Assembly: GCA_017625815.1 (NCBI GenBank)
Contig: JAGAKD010000090.1
Span: 1,693-65,692 of the forward strand
DNA: 64,000 nucleotides
Direction of reading: 5' to 3'
Source: Lachnospiraceae bacterium
GTDB lineage: Bacteria > Bacillota > Clostridia > Lachnospirales > Lachnospiraceae
Made by a program: the position numbers and the translations under genes. Within the stretch, counting starts at the first letter, position 1, and the number at the start of each line of letters is the position of its first letter. The notes beneath the pieces were generated by a model. The model had not been told where the DNA came from, searched no databases, and saw nothing but the letters and a program-made list of their open reading frames with translations. Below, piece by piece: positions 29,225 through 39,280 of the stretch.

Positions 29225-30982
29225 ATGGCTATAGTGGCACAAGGTCAAATTTCGATAGTAGACTTACATGATATGCCTCCCGTACAGGCACATCTAGACG
29301 CAAATAAATCAAAAACAATAATAAAAATGAGAGACAACTCTATAAGCCCAAACATCACAGCGAGCGATGCTTTACTTATATCGGCAGAGCTTTATGAGTC
29401 TGGCTCTCAAACAAACCTTTTCTCAAAAGCTAGTGGAATAGGAGCAAATGGAACTATAACAGGTATAACTTGGACGGTAAGACAAGGAAGTACTTTAATA
29501 CTACCAGCTAACTATAGCACAAATGGTATTAGTATATCAGCTCCAAGTGGATACTATGCTAACAGTCAAATGAAGATTACGAAAGCCGCAACTTTAGACC
29601 CAAATTTAACCGTGTCAGCGGTTATTGAATATAGATACATAGGCATGGATGAAGCTACTCCAATAACCATAGACATAGACTTCTCTACAGTTTATCATGG
29701 TTCTGATGGAGATGATGCTTACTCTCTTTCAATGAGTAATACGGCACATATATTCCCAATTAATCCAACAAATGGAACTCTTATACCAGGAGTTAGTACA
29801 ACTTGTGATTTTGAGCTTTATCAAGGTAATGTTAAACAAGATGGTTTTACTATTACAAAAGGAAATCACTCCAACTTGTTCAACGTTAATTTAGGTTCTT
29901 TTGATTCAACAAATAAGAAGCAAACAGTTACGATTTCTGTTAATGAAGCTGTAGCAGCGAATATAAGAGCTACTGGAGCCCCAGAGACAGAACAAGGTGT
30001 TATTCCTTTTACTATAACTGCTAAGGACGGAAAAACAAAATTAAAGCATGATTTCTCTTGGGCAGTAAGTTCTAAAGGGGTAAATGGTAATGATAGTACA
30101 TCATATTGGATGATACCTAGTACTACAAGACTTGTTTACAAGCCAGACGCCAAAACTGGGAATTTTGCTTTTGATAAAACCTACATAACGCTACAAGGTA
30201 AAAAACAAACTGGAACAAACCCGGTACAAGACGCTGGAAGTGCTGTAAAGTTTTCAACTGTATTATATGATGAAACAGATACAAAAATAGGAGATACAAT
30301 AACTGGAACTAGAATACCAGCATCTGGAAATCTAAATGCCAATACTAGAAAAATAGTGATTGAAATGAGAACCAACGATGGAGACAGTATTCTTTTAGAT
30401 ACTGAAACTATTCAAGTTCAAGTAATTGAAAAGGACCCGGTAACAGTTTCTTTAACAAGTAATACTAGAGAGGTTAGAAACAGTACAGGAACGGCTACTT
30501 TAACTTTCTCTGTATTTAGAAAAGGAAAAGATGTATCAACTACTTGCGGAGATATAACTTGGAGGGTAGGAGAAACAACTTCAACAAATAAGACAAATAC
30601 ATTAACTATTGCTGGTTCAAGTATAAATAACTTTGTTAATGTAAAAGCAAGTGTTACTATACAAGGTACAACTTATTATGACACTATTTCAATAATAGAC
30701 GTAAGCGACCCAATCCAAGTAATGATAATGTCTTCTCTTGGAGACCAATTTGTCAATGGATTTACTAGCACTGAACTAACTGCTGACATATGGCAAAACG
30801 GAGATAAGATAGATGAAGATGGAAGTAAATATATTTATACTTGGAAAAAGTTTAATAGAAACGGAGACAGAGATAACACATTTGGAACAAATGGAGTTAA
30901 AACAGGAAAAACAATTACTGTAACTGGAACAGAAGTTTCAAGAAAAGCTGTATTTGTATGTGAATTATCAACAAAGTCATAA
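29225..30982 (+). CDS. Ig-like-domain tail fibre segment
   Basis: Start moved to ATG 29225 after AAGGAG; Thr-rich beta domains paralogous to 26306..29170. Confidence 0.7.
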   Translation: MAIVAQGQISIVDLHDMPPVQAHLDANKSKTIIKMRDNSISPNITASDALLISAELYESGSQTNLFSKASGIGANGTITGITWTVRQGSTLILPANYSTNGISISAPSGYYANSQMKITKAATLDPNLTVSAVIEYRYIGMDEATPITIDIDFSTVYHGSDGDDAYSLSMSNTAHIFPINPTNGTLIPGVSTTCDFELYQGNVKQDGFTITKGNHSNLFNVNLGSFDSTNKKQTVTISVNEAVAANIRATGAPETEQGVIPFTITAKDGKTKLKHDFSWAVSSKGVNGNDSTSYWMIPSTTRLVYKPDAKTGNFAFDKTYITLQGKKQTGTNPVQDAGSAVKFSTVLYDETDTKIGDTITGTRIPASGNLNANTRKIVIEMRTNDGDSILLDTETIQVQVIEKDPVTVSLTSNTREVRNSTGTATLTFSVFRKGKDVSTTCGDITWRVGETTSTNKTNTLTIAGSSINNFVNVKASVTIQGTTYYDTISIIDVSDPIQVMIMSSLGDQFVNGFTSTELTADIWQNGDKIDEDGSKYIYTWKKFNRNGDRDNTFGTNGVKTGKTITVTGTEVSRKAVFVCELSTKS

Positions 30983-31010
30983 GATAAAAAGAACAAAAGG
31001 AGAGAAACAT

Positions 31011-34000
31011 ATGTCAAAGATATTAGCACAAGGAATGATAACTCTTACTCAACTATATGAAGGAGCGCAAGTTATTCTTACTCCCGCTGCTGTGCTTATT
31101 CCATGTGATAGCAATGAAACTCCTAAACCTAATGCTTATATTAATGCCTTTACTAATGTAAAGGTATTTTTAGGCACAATGGATATTACTAGCAAAATAA
31201 CATTGGGAACATTGGAGTATTCTGATAGTACAGTAAAAGCGAGTAAAACTGGAACTAAGGTTTCAATAACTACTATAACAACTAGAACTGGGTATGTTGA
31301 TATTCCAGTTAGCGTTACTATTGATGGAGAAACAATAGATTTAGGAAAGCACAGATTTAGCTTTGTTAAACAAATAGATGGACAGACTGGACAAACTGGT
31401 GCTCCAGGAGCTCCAGGATTTAGTTATACATTAAATATAAAAGGCGGAACTAGAGGTGTTGCTTACGCAGCAAATGGAACAAACCCAGAGCCTAAAACCT
31501 CTTCTCAATTCTCTGTTGAGCTATTGAAAAATGGGGTTAAGGTAACTAATCCAGCCAGCATATCATGGACTTGTGGAGGAAATTTAAGTGGGTCATCTTC
31601 AGCAGCCACTTTTACTCCTACAATTAAAAGTACGTATAACTCTGAGTCTTCTTACGTAAAAGTATCTATTAAAGAATTCGCAGCTAGTCTAGCAGTGGAA
31701 GAAACAATTCCAATAATTTGTACTAAACATGCTGATGGACTAGATTGGATAAATGAATGGAACAATAAATATGTTCAAGTAGGAACAGAAAAAATAATTA
31801 CTCCAAAGATTTTTGCGGGTACAAAAAATAGCGCGAATGAACTTACTGGAGTAGCTATTGGTAGAGACGTACTAGGTGGGAATGCGAATAAGGTAATAGG
31901 TATTGTTGGATATAAGAAAAATACTCCTGTATTTTCTCTTGACCAAGACGCGAACTTTTTTGTTAGTTCTAGTGGTAATGCTGGAGATATTAAAAACGGA
32001 ACTAATAACGCAAAAGGAATTTACTTTGATGGAAATAATTTATATGTATCTGGTAAGGTTAAAATAAGCGGAGGCTCTACCATTGGAGAGAGTAATACTT
32101 TAGTTGAGGATGTTATTAATAACTCTAATCTAGGAGCGCAAGCAAATAACAAATTAGATAACCTTTCTATTGGAGGAAGAAACTTATTCAGAAATTCAAA
32201 GTTCACAGAAGGATTTAAATATTGGTCAGTCAGCAATGAAACTTCAACTGTCAACGATTCAACTTTTGGGACCGTTGCAAAGGTTGTTACTAGTGTACCA
32301 GCTAAAGGGATAAATCAAACCATACAGGTTGGCAAAACATTAGCAGTTGGGAAAGAATACACATTATCTTGTTATGTAAAAGCTAATGTAAGCACAAAAG
32401 TATCACTGGCTTTGAATGGTAGTGGGAATGCACTAGCAACCACATTCAATATTGGAACAGAGTGGACAAGGGTAAATGCTACCTTCAAAAACAATGGAAA
32501 TAATACAGTTCCTAGAATATACACAACAGAATCAAAGGCTGTTGAATTGTATATTGCCGAACCCAAGTTTGAGGAAGGAAATAAGGTGACAGATTATACA
32601 CCTGCTCCAGAAGATGTACAAGCCGATGTTGATAAAAAAGCAAACAGTTCAGATGTATATAAGAAAACTGAGACTTATACAAAAACTGAAACAGATTCAG
32701 CAATTCAAGTTTCCAAGGATGCTATTGAGTTAGGGATTTCAAATACTTATGAGACTAAAACTAATGTAGAATCTAAGATATCAACTGCTAACACAAATAC
32801 TCTTAATTCTGCTAAATCTTATGCAGATACTAAGAAAAACGAAGCTATATCTAGTGCTAGTGCTGATGCTACAAATAAAGTTAATTCAGCTAAGAATGAA
32901 TTAAATACAAAGATTGATGGTATCCAGATTGGTGGAAGAAACTTATTACTTAATAGTGATAATGGCTATTTAAATGATTTAAGTGTATATAATGGTACGA
33001 ATATTACTTATTCAAATGTTGATGGTTGGAGAAGGCTGACATTTACAAATCAATTGAATCATGAAATAGTTCAGAATAAATGGTTTGCTCCAACACAACT
33101 AGGAAATTATACTTTCAGTATAATATGTAGAACCGATGCAACATCTATTACAACAAGTATTTCTGTATTCACATCTCCAGGTGGACACAGACCTGTTCCA
33201 GCTTCTGTTGAAAATCTTGGGAATGGTTTATACCGAATTGTAGCTTCTTTTAGCATAAGTAATTTATATAGTATAAGAGTTGTTGACCTTCAAAACTTTA
33301 AAACTGTTGGTGCAACTTATGTTGAATTTAGATACCCGATGTTAGAAGTGGGTAATAAGGTTTCTGCATGGTCATCAGCTCCTGAGGACGTGCAAGCTAA
33401 TATAGACAAAAAGGCAAATAGCATAGATGTATATACTAAGTCAGAAACTTATACAAAGAGTGAAACAGATTCAGCTATTAAAGTAGCTAAAGATGAAATC
33501 AATCTAGGAGTATCTCAAACTTATGAAACTAAAACTAATGTAGAAACTAAGATTAATGGTATTAGTGTTGGAGGAACTAACTTGGCATATGATACCAATA
33601 AAGGTGCAACTGCTTGGAGTTGGGGTATTCAAACAAACGGTGGTAAGACAATTACTGACTATTTGGCTGATGGTATTAACGGTGTTAAAATGGTCAAGGA
33701 TGGAACTGCTGGAAGTGGATGGAATTATGTGAGCTATGGAAGATTCAAGCGTGATAAAATTACTCCGGCAACTACATATGTAGTATCATTTGAAATGAAG
33801 TCGAATCTAACATTTAACATTGGTTCGGTCAATTTAATGAATGGTAATTCTTCAGATTCACTGCTTAAATCAAGTACTGCGGTTCAAAATAAAGTAACAG
33901 CAAATTCAAAAGCATGGAATAAAATCGTATTCAAATTAACAACTCTTGATACGTTGCCATCATCAACACAACAAGTAATTTATATTACTGGTGTTCCATA

Positions 34001-37000
34001 TAGTGCAAATGCTACACACTATTTTCGCAATCTTAAGTTAGAGGTTGGTAACACAGCTACTACATGGTCTCCGGCCCCTGAAGACATAGCAAAGGATATA
34101 GCTAATGCTAAAAATGAAGCTGTTAACGCCGCTTCAACTGATGCAACTAATAAAGTTAATTCAGCTAAGAATGAATTGAACACAGCAATAAACAAGAAAG
34201 CTAATTCAACTGATGTATATACTAAATCAGAAGTATATACAAAAAATGAAACTAACTCTCAAATATCTGCTACAACAAATGCTATTACTTCAAGGGTTTC
34301 AAGCTTAGAGAGTAAAGAAGTTGCTAATAGGAAAGTTACCGCTTTTAGATATGTAAGAGATTGGTTGAGAGGTAGTTCAGTTAATAGTGGAAATCATTGG
34401 GTGGAACTACAGGTTTGGGCAAATGGCTCTAATATAGCACAAGGGAAAGCTGTAACTACAAATGGAACTGTTAATTCAAGTTATCCAATAAATAGATTTA
34501 CTGATGGTAATACCTCTTCTTCTCAATATGCAGAGCTTCAAAATGATAATAGTTGGAGATATTTACAAGTAGATTTGGGGGAAATTCATTATAATATTGA
34601 TTATCTAAGAGTGTGGCATTACTATAGTGATTCAAGAAGATATAATCATAAATTAGAGGTGTCTGTTGATGGCTCAACTTGGTACACAATTTATAATTCA
34701 GATATAAGTGGAACATATAAAGAAACTGCTGATGGTAGAGTTCACATAATAAATGAAACTTCTACAGAAAAAAGACTTAAAACAGCAGAGAATAAGATTA
34801 CCGATAGTGCTATAATAAACACAGTTTCTAGTACAATTCAAAATGCTAAAAATGAGGCAATTAATAGTGCTAATAGCTCAACAGATAATAAATTACAGAG
34901 CTATGCCACAAATTCATCTTTAACACAAACTGCGAATGATATTACTGCTAAATTCACAAGTAGTGGAGGCTATAACCTATTAGAGAATAGCGATGCCAAA
35001 AACGGGCAGTATATGTGGACTGGCAACGGGGCAACCTTAACAATAGGAACTTCGGGAGCAAGCCCATTTTTCGGTGGAAATGAGTTTAAGTCAACTTTCC
35101 CTAATGGGTTAAAATATAGTAAATCTATCAAACTAAAAGCCAATACTGACTATGTATATGAGGGATGGATATATTGCAATGCATCTTTCGGAGGGTCAAA
35201 CGTAACCCCTTTACATTACTGGTGCATGGACAGGCCTGATACCGCAGGACAAGCACAATTGGAAATATTAGACTATAGACAAAACATTACAAAGAATGTT
35301 TTTAATAAATGTTATGTTCATTTTAGAACCAAGTCGGGTAATGTTTATTTTACCCCTTTTGTGTACGGAGGTCCTGATGGTCAAATGGTAGCTGTTAGAC
35401 AGTTATCTTTAACAGAGGGAAAAGTGGAAACAGCATGGACGCCACACCCAAGTGAAATTTATGAGGGTTCAACTGTTATCGATGGTAGTGGAGTTACTGT
35501 AAATAATGGTGCTTTAAGAGTTAAAGATGGTAATGGAAATTTAATGTTAGAAGGGAACGCGTCAGGTACTTTATATTTAAGAAAACAATTAAATGTTGGA
35601 ACTAAGGCTACTATAAGTGCTACTGATGGTATAGCTATCTTAGACAATTGTCTAAAAATACATGATAATCTTAGTAAGAGTGCGTTTACCGCTGAGTTAA
35701 ATTCTTCTCAGATTATAATGAGAAACAATACACTTACTGCTGCAGGAGGACCTTTGTATGAAGGAACAATAGATGTAATGGATAATCTGAAAGGTTTAAC
35801 ACTAACTTCTATTGATTATGGTGGTATAGGTAATATCACAATGGAAGGTAAACTTCAGTTGCCATATACAACAACTGCTACAAATATAATTATGAGTGGT
35901 CAAACCACTATAGGAGCGCATAGAACTATAGAACTGTCAGGAGATAATGGGCATATAAGATGCAATACTATCGCTATAAAGAGCAATGGGGCTTGCGATA
36001 ACATATTACCAGGTGATGATGCTTATATCGGAGATGTAAATGTAGCACACTCTATAGGTATTCAAAGTACCTCCGATAGGAGACTAGGAAAAATCTATCT
36101 CGGAAACAGAATGGATGTTTTTGTAGGGTGCGACAGTCCGGGAGGACGACTTACATTGTCATCTAGATGGATGGATTTTCTTGCACCGGACGGGGCAAAC
36201 TTTATGGGCAACATTATATGTAGAGATGGCTATGAAGCTGGAGTAACTGGATTTGAGAGTTATAGAGATGGAGGACACATCAGAATAGCTCCAGCTAATC
36301 ATAACGGGGCTATAGCTTTTGAACAGTTCAACTCTGGTGGTTCAGCTGTCGGCATGAGATTGATAGCAGATGGCTGGTTTTTAAGACCAAACGGAAATGA
36401 TGGAGGAATATTGGGATATCAGAGTATTAGATGGCAAGAAATTTGGTGTACTAGAGGAGCATTTAATGGGTCAGATAGTAAACTAAAAGAAAATATAACT
36501 CCATTAGGTGTTGGCGTTGCTAGACCACATAGTAATGATATTGTAACTCTTGATGACTTATACAATTATGTTAAAGAGGCCAAAACTTACACATTCAATT
36601 ATAAAAAAACTAATGAAACAATGTTAGGGATATTAGCGGACGAAATTCCAAGAAACATATTCAATAAAATAGGGGTAATGAGCAAGACTCAAGAAGAATA
36701 TGAGGAAGAATTAAAGAAAAAAGAGGAATTAACCGAAATTCTTTCTAAAACTCCAATGCCTTTAGATAATAAAGGAGAAGAAAATCGATATGCTATAGTA
36801 GAGGGAACTGGTTTAACATATGCCGAACTTAAAGAAGAGGTTAATAAAGAGATTGAAGAGCCTATGCAACTTATTAACGCACCTTCACAAGTGGCGATGC
36901 TACAGACTGTTTTAAGTATGGCTATTAATAAGGTGGATACTTTAGAACAAGAAAACCAAGAGTTAAAAGATAGGTTGGATAAGCTAGAAAATTTAGTTCA

Positions 37001-37019
37001 ATCTATAGTGAATAAATAA
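31011..37019 (+). CDS. large tail fibre/receptor-binding protein: Ig-like domains, four CBM-like modules, F5/8-C-like domain, C-terminal S74-like chaperone
   Basis: Start moved to ATG 31011 after AAGGAG; repeated GG(R/T/Y)NL...(PA)PED modules; SDSKLKENI motif and a terminal coiled coil. Confidence 0.85.
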   Translation: MSKILAQGMITLTQLYEGAQVILTPAAVLIPCDSNETPKPNAYINAFTNVKVFLGTMDITSKITLGTLEYSDSTVKASKTGTKVSITTITTRTGYVDIPVSVTIDGETIDLGKHRFSFVKQIDGQTGQTGAPGAPGFSYTLNIKGGTRGVAYAANGTNPEPKTSSQFSVELLKNGVKVTNPASISWTCGGNLSGSSSAATFTPTIKSTYNSESSYVKVSIKEFAASLAVEETIPIICTKHADGLDWINEWNNKYVQVGTEKIITPKIFAGTKNSANELTGVAIGRDVLGGNANKVIGIVGYKKNTPVFSLDQDANFFVSSSGNAGDIKNGTNNAKGIYFDGNNLYVSGKVKISGGSTIGESNTLVEDVINNSNLGAQANNKLDNLSIGGRNLFRNSKFTEGFKYWSVSNETSTVNDSTFGTVAKVVTSVPAKGINQTIQVGKTLAVGKEYTLSCYVKANVSTKVSLALNGSGNALATTFNIGTEWTRVNATFKNNGNNTVPRIYTTESKAVELYIAEPKFEEGNKVTDYTPAPEDVQADVDKKANSSDVYKKTETYTKTETDSAIQVSKDAIELGISNTYETKTNVESKISTANTNTLNSAKSYADTKKNEAISSASADATNKVNSAKNELNTKIDGIQIGGRNLLLNSDNGYLNDLSVYNGTNITYSNVDGWRRLTFTNQLNHEIVQNKWFAPTQLGNYTFSIICRTDATSITTSISVFTSPGGHRPVPASVENLGNGLYRIVASFSISNLYSIRVVDLQNFKTVGATYVEFRYPMLEVGNKVSAWSSAPEDVQANIDKKANSIDVYTKSETYTKSETDSAIKVAKDEINLGVSQTYETKTNVETKINGISVGGTNLAYDTNKGATAWSWGIQTNGGKTITDYLADGINGVKMVKDGTAGSGWNYVSYGRFKRDKITPATTYVVSFEMKSNLTFNIGSVNLMNGNSSDSLLKSSTAVQNKVTANSKAWNKIVFKLTTLDTLPSSTQQVIYITGVPYSANATHYFRNLKLEVGNTATTWSPAPEDIAKDIANAKNEAVNAASTDATNKVNSAKNELNTAINKKANSTDVYTKSEVYTKNETNSQISATTNAITSRVSSLESKEVANRKVTAFRYVRDWLRGSSVNSGNHWVELQVWANGSNIAQGKAVTTNGTVNSSYPINRFTDGNTSSSQYAELQNDNSWRYLQVDLGEIHYNIDYLRVWHYYSDSRRYNHKLEVSVDGSTWYTIYNSDISGTYKETADGRVHIINETSTEKRLKTAENKITDSAIINTVSSTIQNAKNEAINSANSSTDNKLQSYATNSSLTQTANDITAKFTSSGGYNLLENSDAKNGQYMWTGNGATLTIGTSGASPFFGGNEFKSTFPNGLKYSKSIKLKANTDYVYEGWIYCNASFGGSNVTPLHYWCMDRPDTAGQAQLEILDYRQNITKNVFNKCYVHFRTKSGNVYFTPFVYGGPDGQMVAVRQLSLTEGKVETAWTPHPSEIYEGSTVIDGSGVTVNNGALRVKDGNGNLMLEGNASGTLYLRKQLNVGTKATISATDGIAILDNCLKIHDNLSKSAFTAELNSSQIIMRNNTLTAAGGPLYEGTIDVMDNLKGLTLTSIDYGGIGNITMEGKLQLPYTTTATNIIMSGQTTIGAHRTIELSGDNGHIRCNTIAIKSNGACDNILPGDDAYIGDVNVAHSIGIQSTSDRRLGKIYLGNRMDVFVGCDSPGGRLTLSSRWMDFLAPDGANFMGNIICRDGYEAGVTGFESYRDGGHIRIAPANHNGAIAFEQFNSGGSAVGMRLIADGWFLRPNGNDGGILGYQSIRWQEIWCTRGAFNGSDSKLKENITPLGVGVARPHSNDIVTLDDLYNYVKEAKTYTFNYKKTNETMLGILADEIPRNIFNKIGVMSKTQEEYEEELKKKEELTEILSKTPMPLDNKGEENRYAIVEGTGLTYAELKEEVNKEIEEPMQLINAPSQVAMLQTVLSMAINKVDTLEQENQELKDRLDKLENLVQSIVNK
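32604..34260 (+). repeat. internal direct repeats between the CBM modules of the tail fibre
   Basis: 32604-32779 resembles 33378-33553 (APEDVQA..DKKANS.DVY.K.ETYTK.ETDSAI...YETKTNVE.KI). Exact 29-bp repeat AATAAAGTTAATTCAGCTAAGAATGAATT at 32874-32902 and 34149-34177. Confidence 0.85.
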
Positions 37020-37096
37020 AACCCGAAACATAAGACAAAAGAAGAGGTAGGAGTAGCAGAGCTAGACAAACATAAATTTAACATTAACTAAACAAC

Positions 37097-37130
37097 AAAA
37101 GTGCTTTGGATTGCTCCCAAGCACTTTTTA
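37097..37130 (+). terminator. terminator-like hairpin after the tail fibre gene
   Basis: AAAAGTGCTTTGGA...TCCCAAGCACTTTT. Confidence 0.65.
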
Positions 37131-37163
37131 CACATAAATACTAAATTTAAAGGAGAAATGATT

Positions 37164-37430
37164 ATGTTAAAAATCACTAAAAGCAGAAACTTACAAGGAA
37201 CAATAGAAATAGAAGGGATGCCAGTAGTTCAACTATCAGCATCTATTACAATAGACCCATCTGATTTCACAATCTACAACAATGGTGGAGTTAACAGAAC
37301 AATATTAAACACAGATTTATACAGAAAGAATATTTCTACAATAAGACAAGAAATTGCTGAATTTGAAGAAGAAGTTTATCTAATGGAAGATGAAATGTTA
37401 GCTGCTTCTAAAGTAGAATTAGAAGAATAA
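37164..37430 (+). CDS. small hypothetical protein (possible fibre chaperone)
   Basis: RBS AAGGAG; start moved to ATG 37164; acidic C-terminal helix. Confidence 0.6.
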   Translation: MLKITKSRNLQGTIEIEGMPVVQLSASITIDPSDFTIYNNGGVNRTILNTDLYRKNISTIRQEIAEFEEEVYLMEDEMLAASKVELEE

Positions 37431-37484
37431 AAGATAATTACGCAAAGAGGCGTAGTAGAATTATTATAGAGGAGATGATTATAG

Positions 37485-39260
37485 ATGTCGACAATAGCAA
37501 GAAGTCAAATTACATTAACTGTAGTAGAGGATGGAGATGGATATTCTCTATCAATAAAAGGAGGAGTTAGGGGTATAGCATATGCCGCAGATGGTTCGAA
37601 TCCTAACCCTAAGACCTCTTCTCCTTTTACTGTTGAAGTTTTAAAAAATGGTGTTCCAATAACACCATTTTCATATACTTGGTTCTGTGGAGGTAATTTA
37701 AGTGGCTCATCCACAGAACCAACCTTTACTCCACTTATTAAGTCTGCTTATGTAAGTGGAGATTCTTTTGTAACAGTAATGGTTCAACTAGAAGAAAATA
37801 CGCAACCTTATAGTGAAACAGTACCTATTGTTTCTACTAAGTTTGCTGATGGATTAGATTGGATAATGGATTGGAACTCAACCGCGACAGTTATAAAAGA
37901 CAATAAGGTAATTACTCCTAAGATATTCGCAGGAAAGAACGAAGGGTCTGGTAGTACACCTTTAATAACAGGTGTTGCTATGGGACTAGACGTTTTAGGA
38001 GAAGTTGATAAAACAGTTGGACTGATTGGTTATTACAAGAATGACCCTAGATTTAAATTAGATGTAAATGGAAATTTCTTTGTCGGGTCTAACTGGGGAG
38101 GAATCTCTATCGGAAAAGGTGGAGGTTTAAAATATGATGCTGATAAAGAACTTCTTACTATTAGTGGTAATATAAACATTTTAGGTGGAGCAATAAAGAA
38201 TAAGGATGTAGACGAAGTTTTAAAGGAAATCAGTACCTCTGTATCCACTATTGAGGATTGGGGAGTTAGAGGAGCAGGAGGAGAAAAAATTGTTTCTATC
38301 AATGGAGGGGCAATTAAGGCTGATTCAATAACAGCAGATAAACTTATGATAAAAGGCTTAACTGTAAAGGATAATAATGATATTGCCACTCTTATGATAA
38401 CTCAAGAGGGAGATGTATTATTAGATGGTACTCTTCGCTCAAATAACTTTAGTAAATTAAATAAGACTGGATACCAAATAAGCAGAGATGGTAATGCCAT
38501 TTTAAATCAAGCAGAAGTAAGAGGAAAGGTTCAACTTCCAAATGCTGGAATAACAGATGAAGATGAAGGAGACAAAGCTGTAAGATTTTGGGCTGGAGGA
38601 AGTTATGAAAATAGAAATTACGCTCCATTCAAAGTCTATCAAGATGGTAGCATAGAAGCTCTTAGTGGAATTTTCAATGGAAGCATTACAGGTGATTATG
38701 ACAACTACAAAGTTCACATAAGGAAAGATACTTTTTATATTGATGAAGAGGAGGCATTCTTTGACCTACCTTCTTTATCTATTGTAAGAAGAAGAGAGAG
38801 AAAAGACTCAGCAAGACACATTCAGTTCTCTCCAACTCAGAGTATAATAAATACAGACCTATACTTTGGAAGAAATGAAGATAGAGACTTTGAATATTTA
38901 CAAAGTCAAAAACAAATTACAACAAAAACAAAGAACATAAGCAGGACTAAATTAGGTTCAATTGTAATGAATTATATTTATGAGAATAACCAAAAATCTG
39001 ACTATCATATTTTAAATAGTTCTGGAGGAAATGGCGGTTCTCATGATATTAGATATGAAAAAAATACTGGAGGATTAATATTTGAAAGCAGTGGCTCTAG
39101 TATAGGAGAAAGACCATTTGACTACAAATTTAAAAAGCCTACTGGTGATGTTGTCGTATCTATAGAAGGGTCAATTGACTTAAAAAAAGGTATAACCTCT
39201 CCTAAGAATAATATAGAAATGAGAGCAACTTCAGACGGATTTGCTTTTTATGTTATTTAG
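37485..39260 (+). CDS. second tail fibre protein, N-terminal part paralogous to 31011..37019
   Basis: Shares GG.RG.AYAA.G.NP.PKTSS, W.CGGNLSGSS, ADGLDWI..WN and ITPKIFAG; also has SITADKL and APFKVYQDG fibre motifs. Confidence 0.8.
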   Translation: MSTIARSQITLTVVEDGDGYSLSIKGGVRGIAYAADGSNPNPKTSSPFTVEVLKNGVPITPFSYTWFCGGNLSGSSTEPTFTPLIKSAYVSGDSFVTVMVQLEENTQPYSETVPIVSTKFADGLDWIMDWNSTATVIKDNKVITPKIFAGKNEGSGSTPLITGVAMGLDVLGEVDKTVGLIGYYKNDPRFKLDVNGNFFVGSNWGGISIGKGGGLKYDADKELLTISGNINILGGAIKNKDVDEVLKEISTSVSTIEDWGVRGAGGEKIVSINGGAIKADSITADKLMIKGLTVKDNNDIATLMITQEGDVLLDGTLRSNNFSKLNKTGYQISRDGNAILNQAEVRGKVQLPNAGITDEDEGDKAVRFWAGGSYENRNYAPFKVYQDGSIEALSGIFNGSITGDYDNYKVHIRKDTFYIDEEEAFFDLPSLSIVRRRERKDSARHIQFSPTQSIINTDLYFGRNEDRDFEYLQSQKQITTKTKNISRTKLGSIVMNYIYENNQKSDYHILNSSGGNGGSHDIRYEKNTGGLIFESSGSSIGERPFDYKFKKPTGDVVVSIEGSIDLKKGITSPKNNIEMRATSDGFAFYVI

Positions 39261-39280
39261 AGAAAAAGGAGAGATTATAG

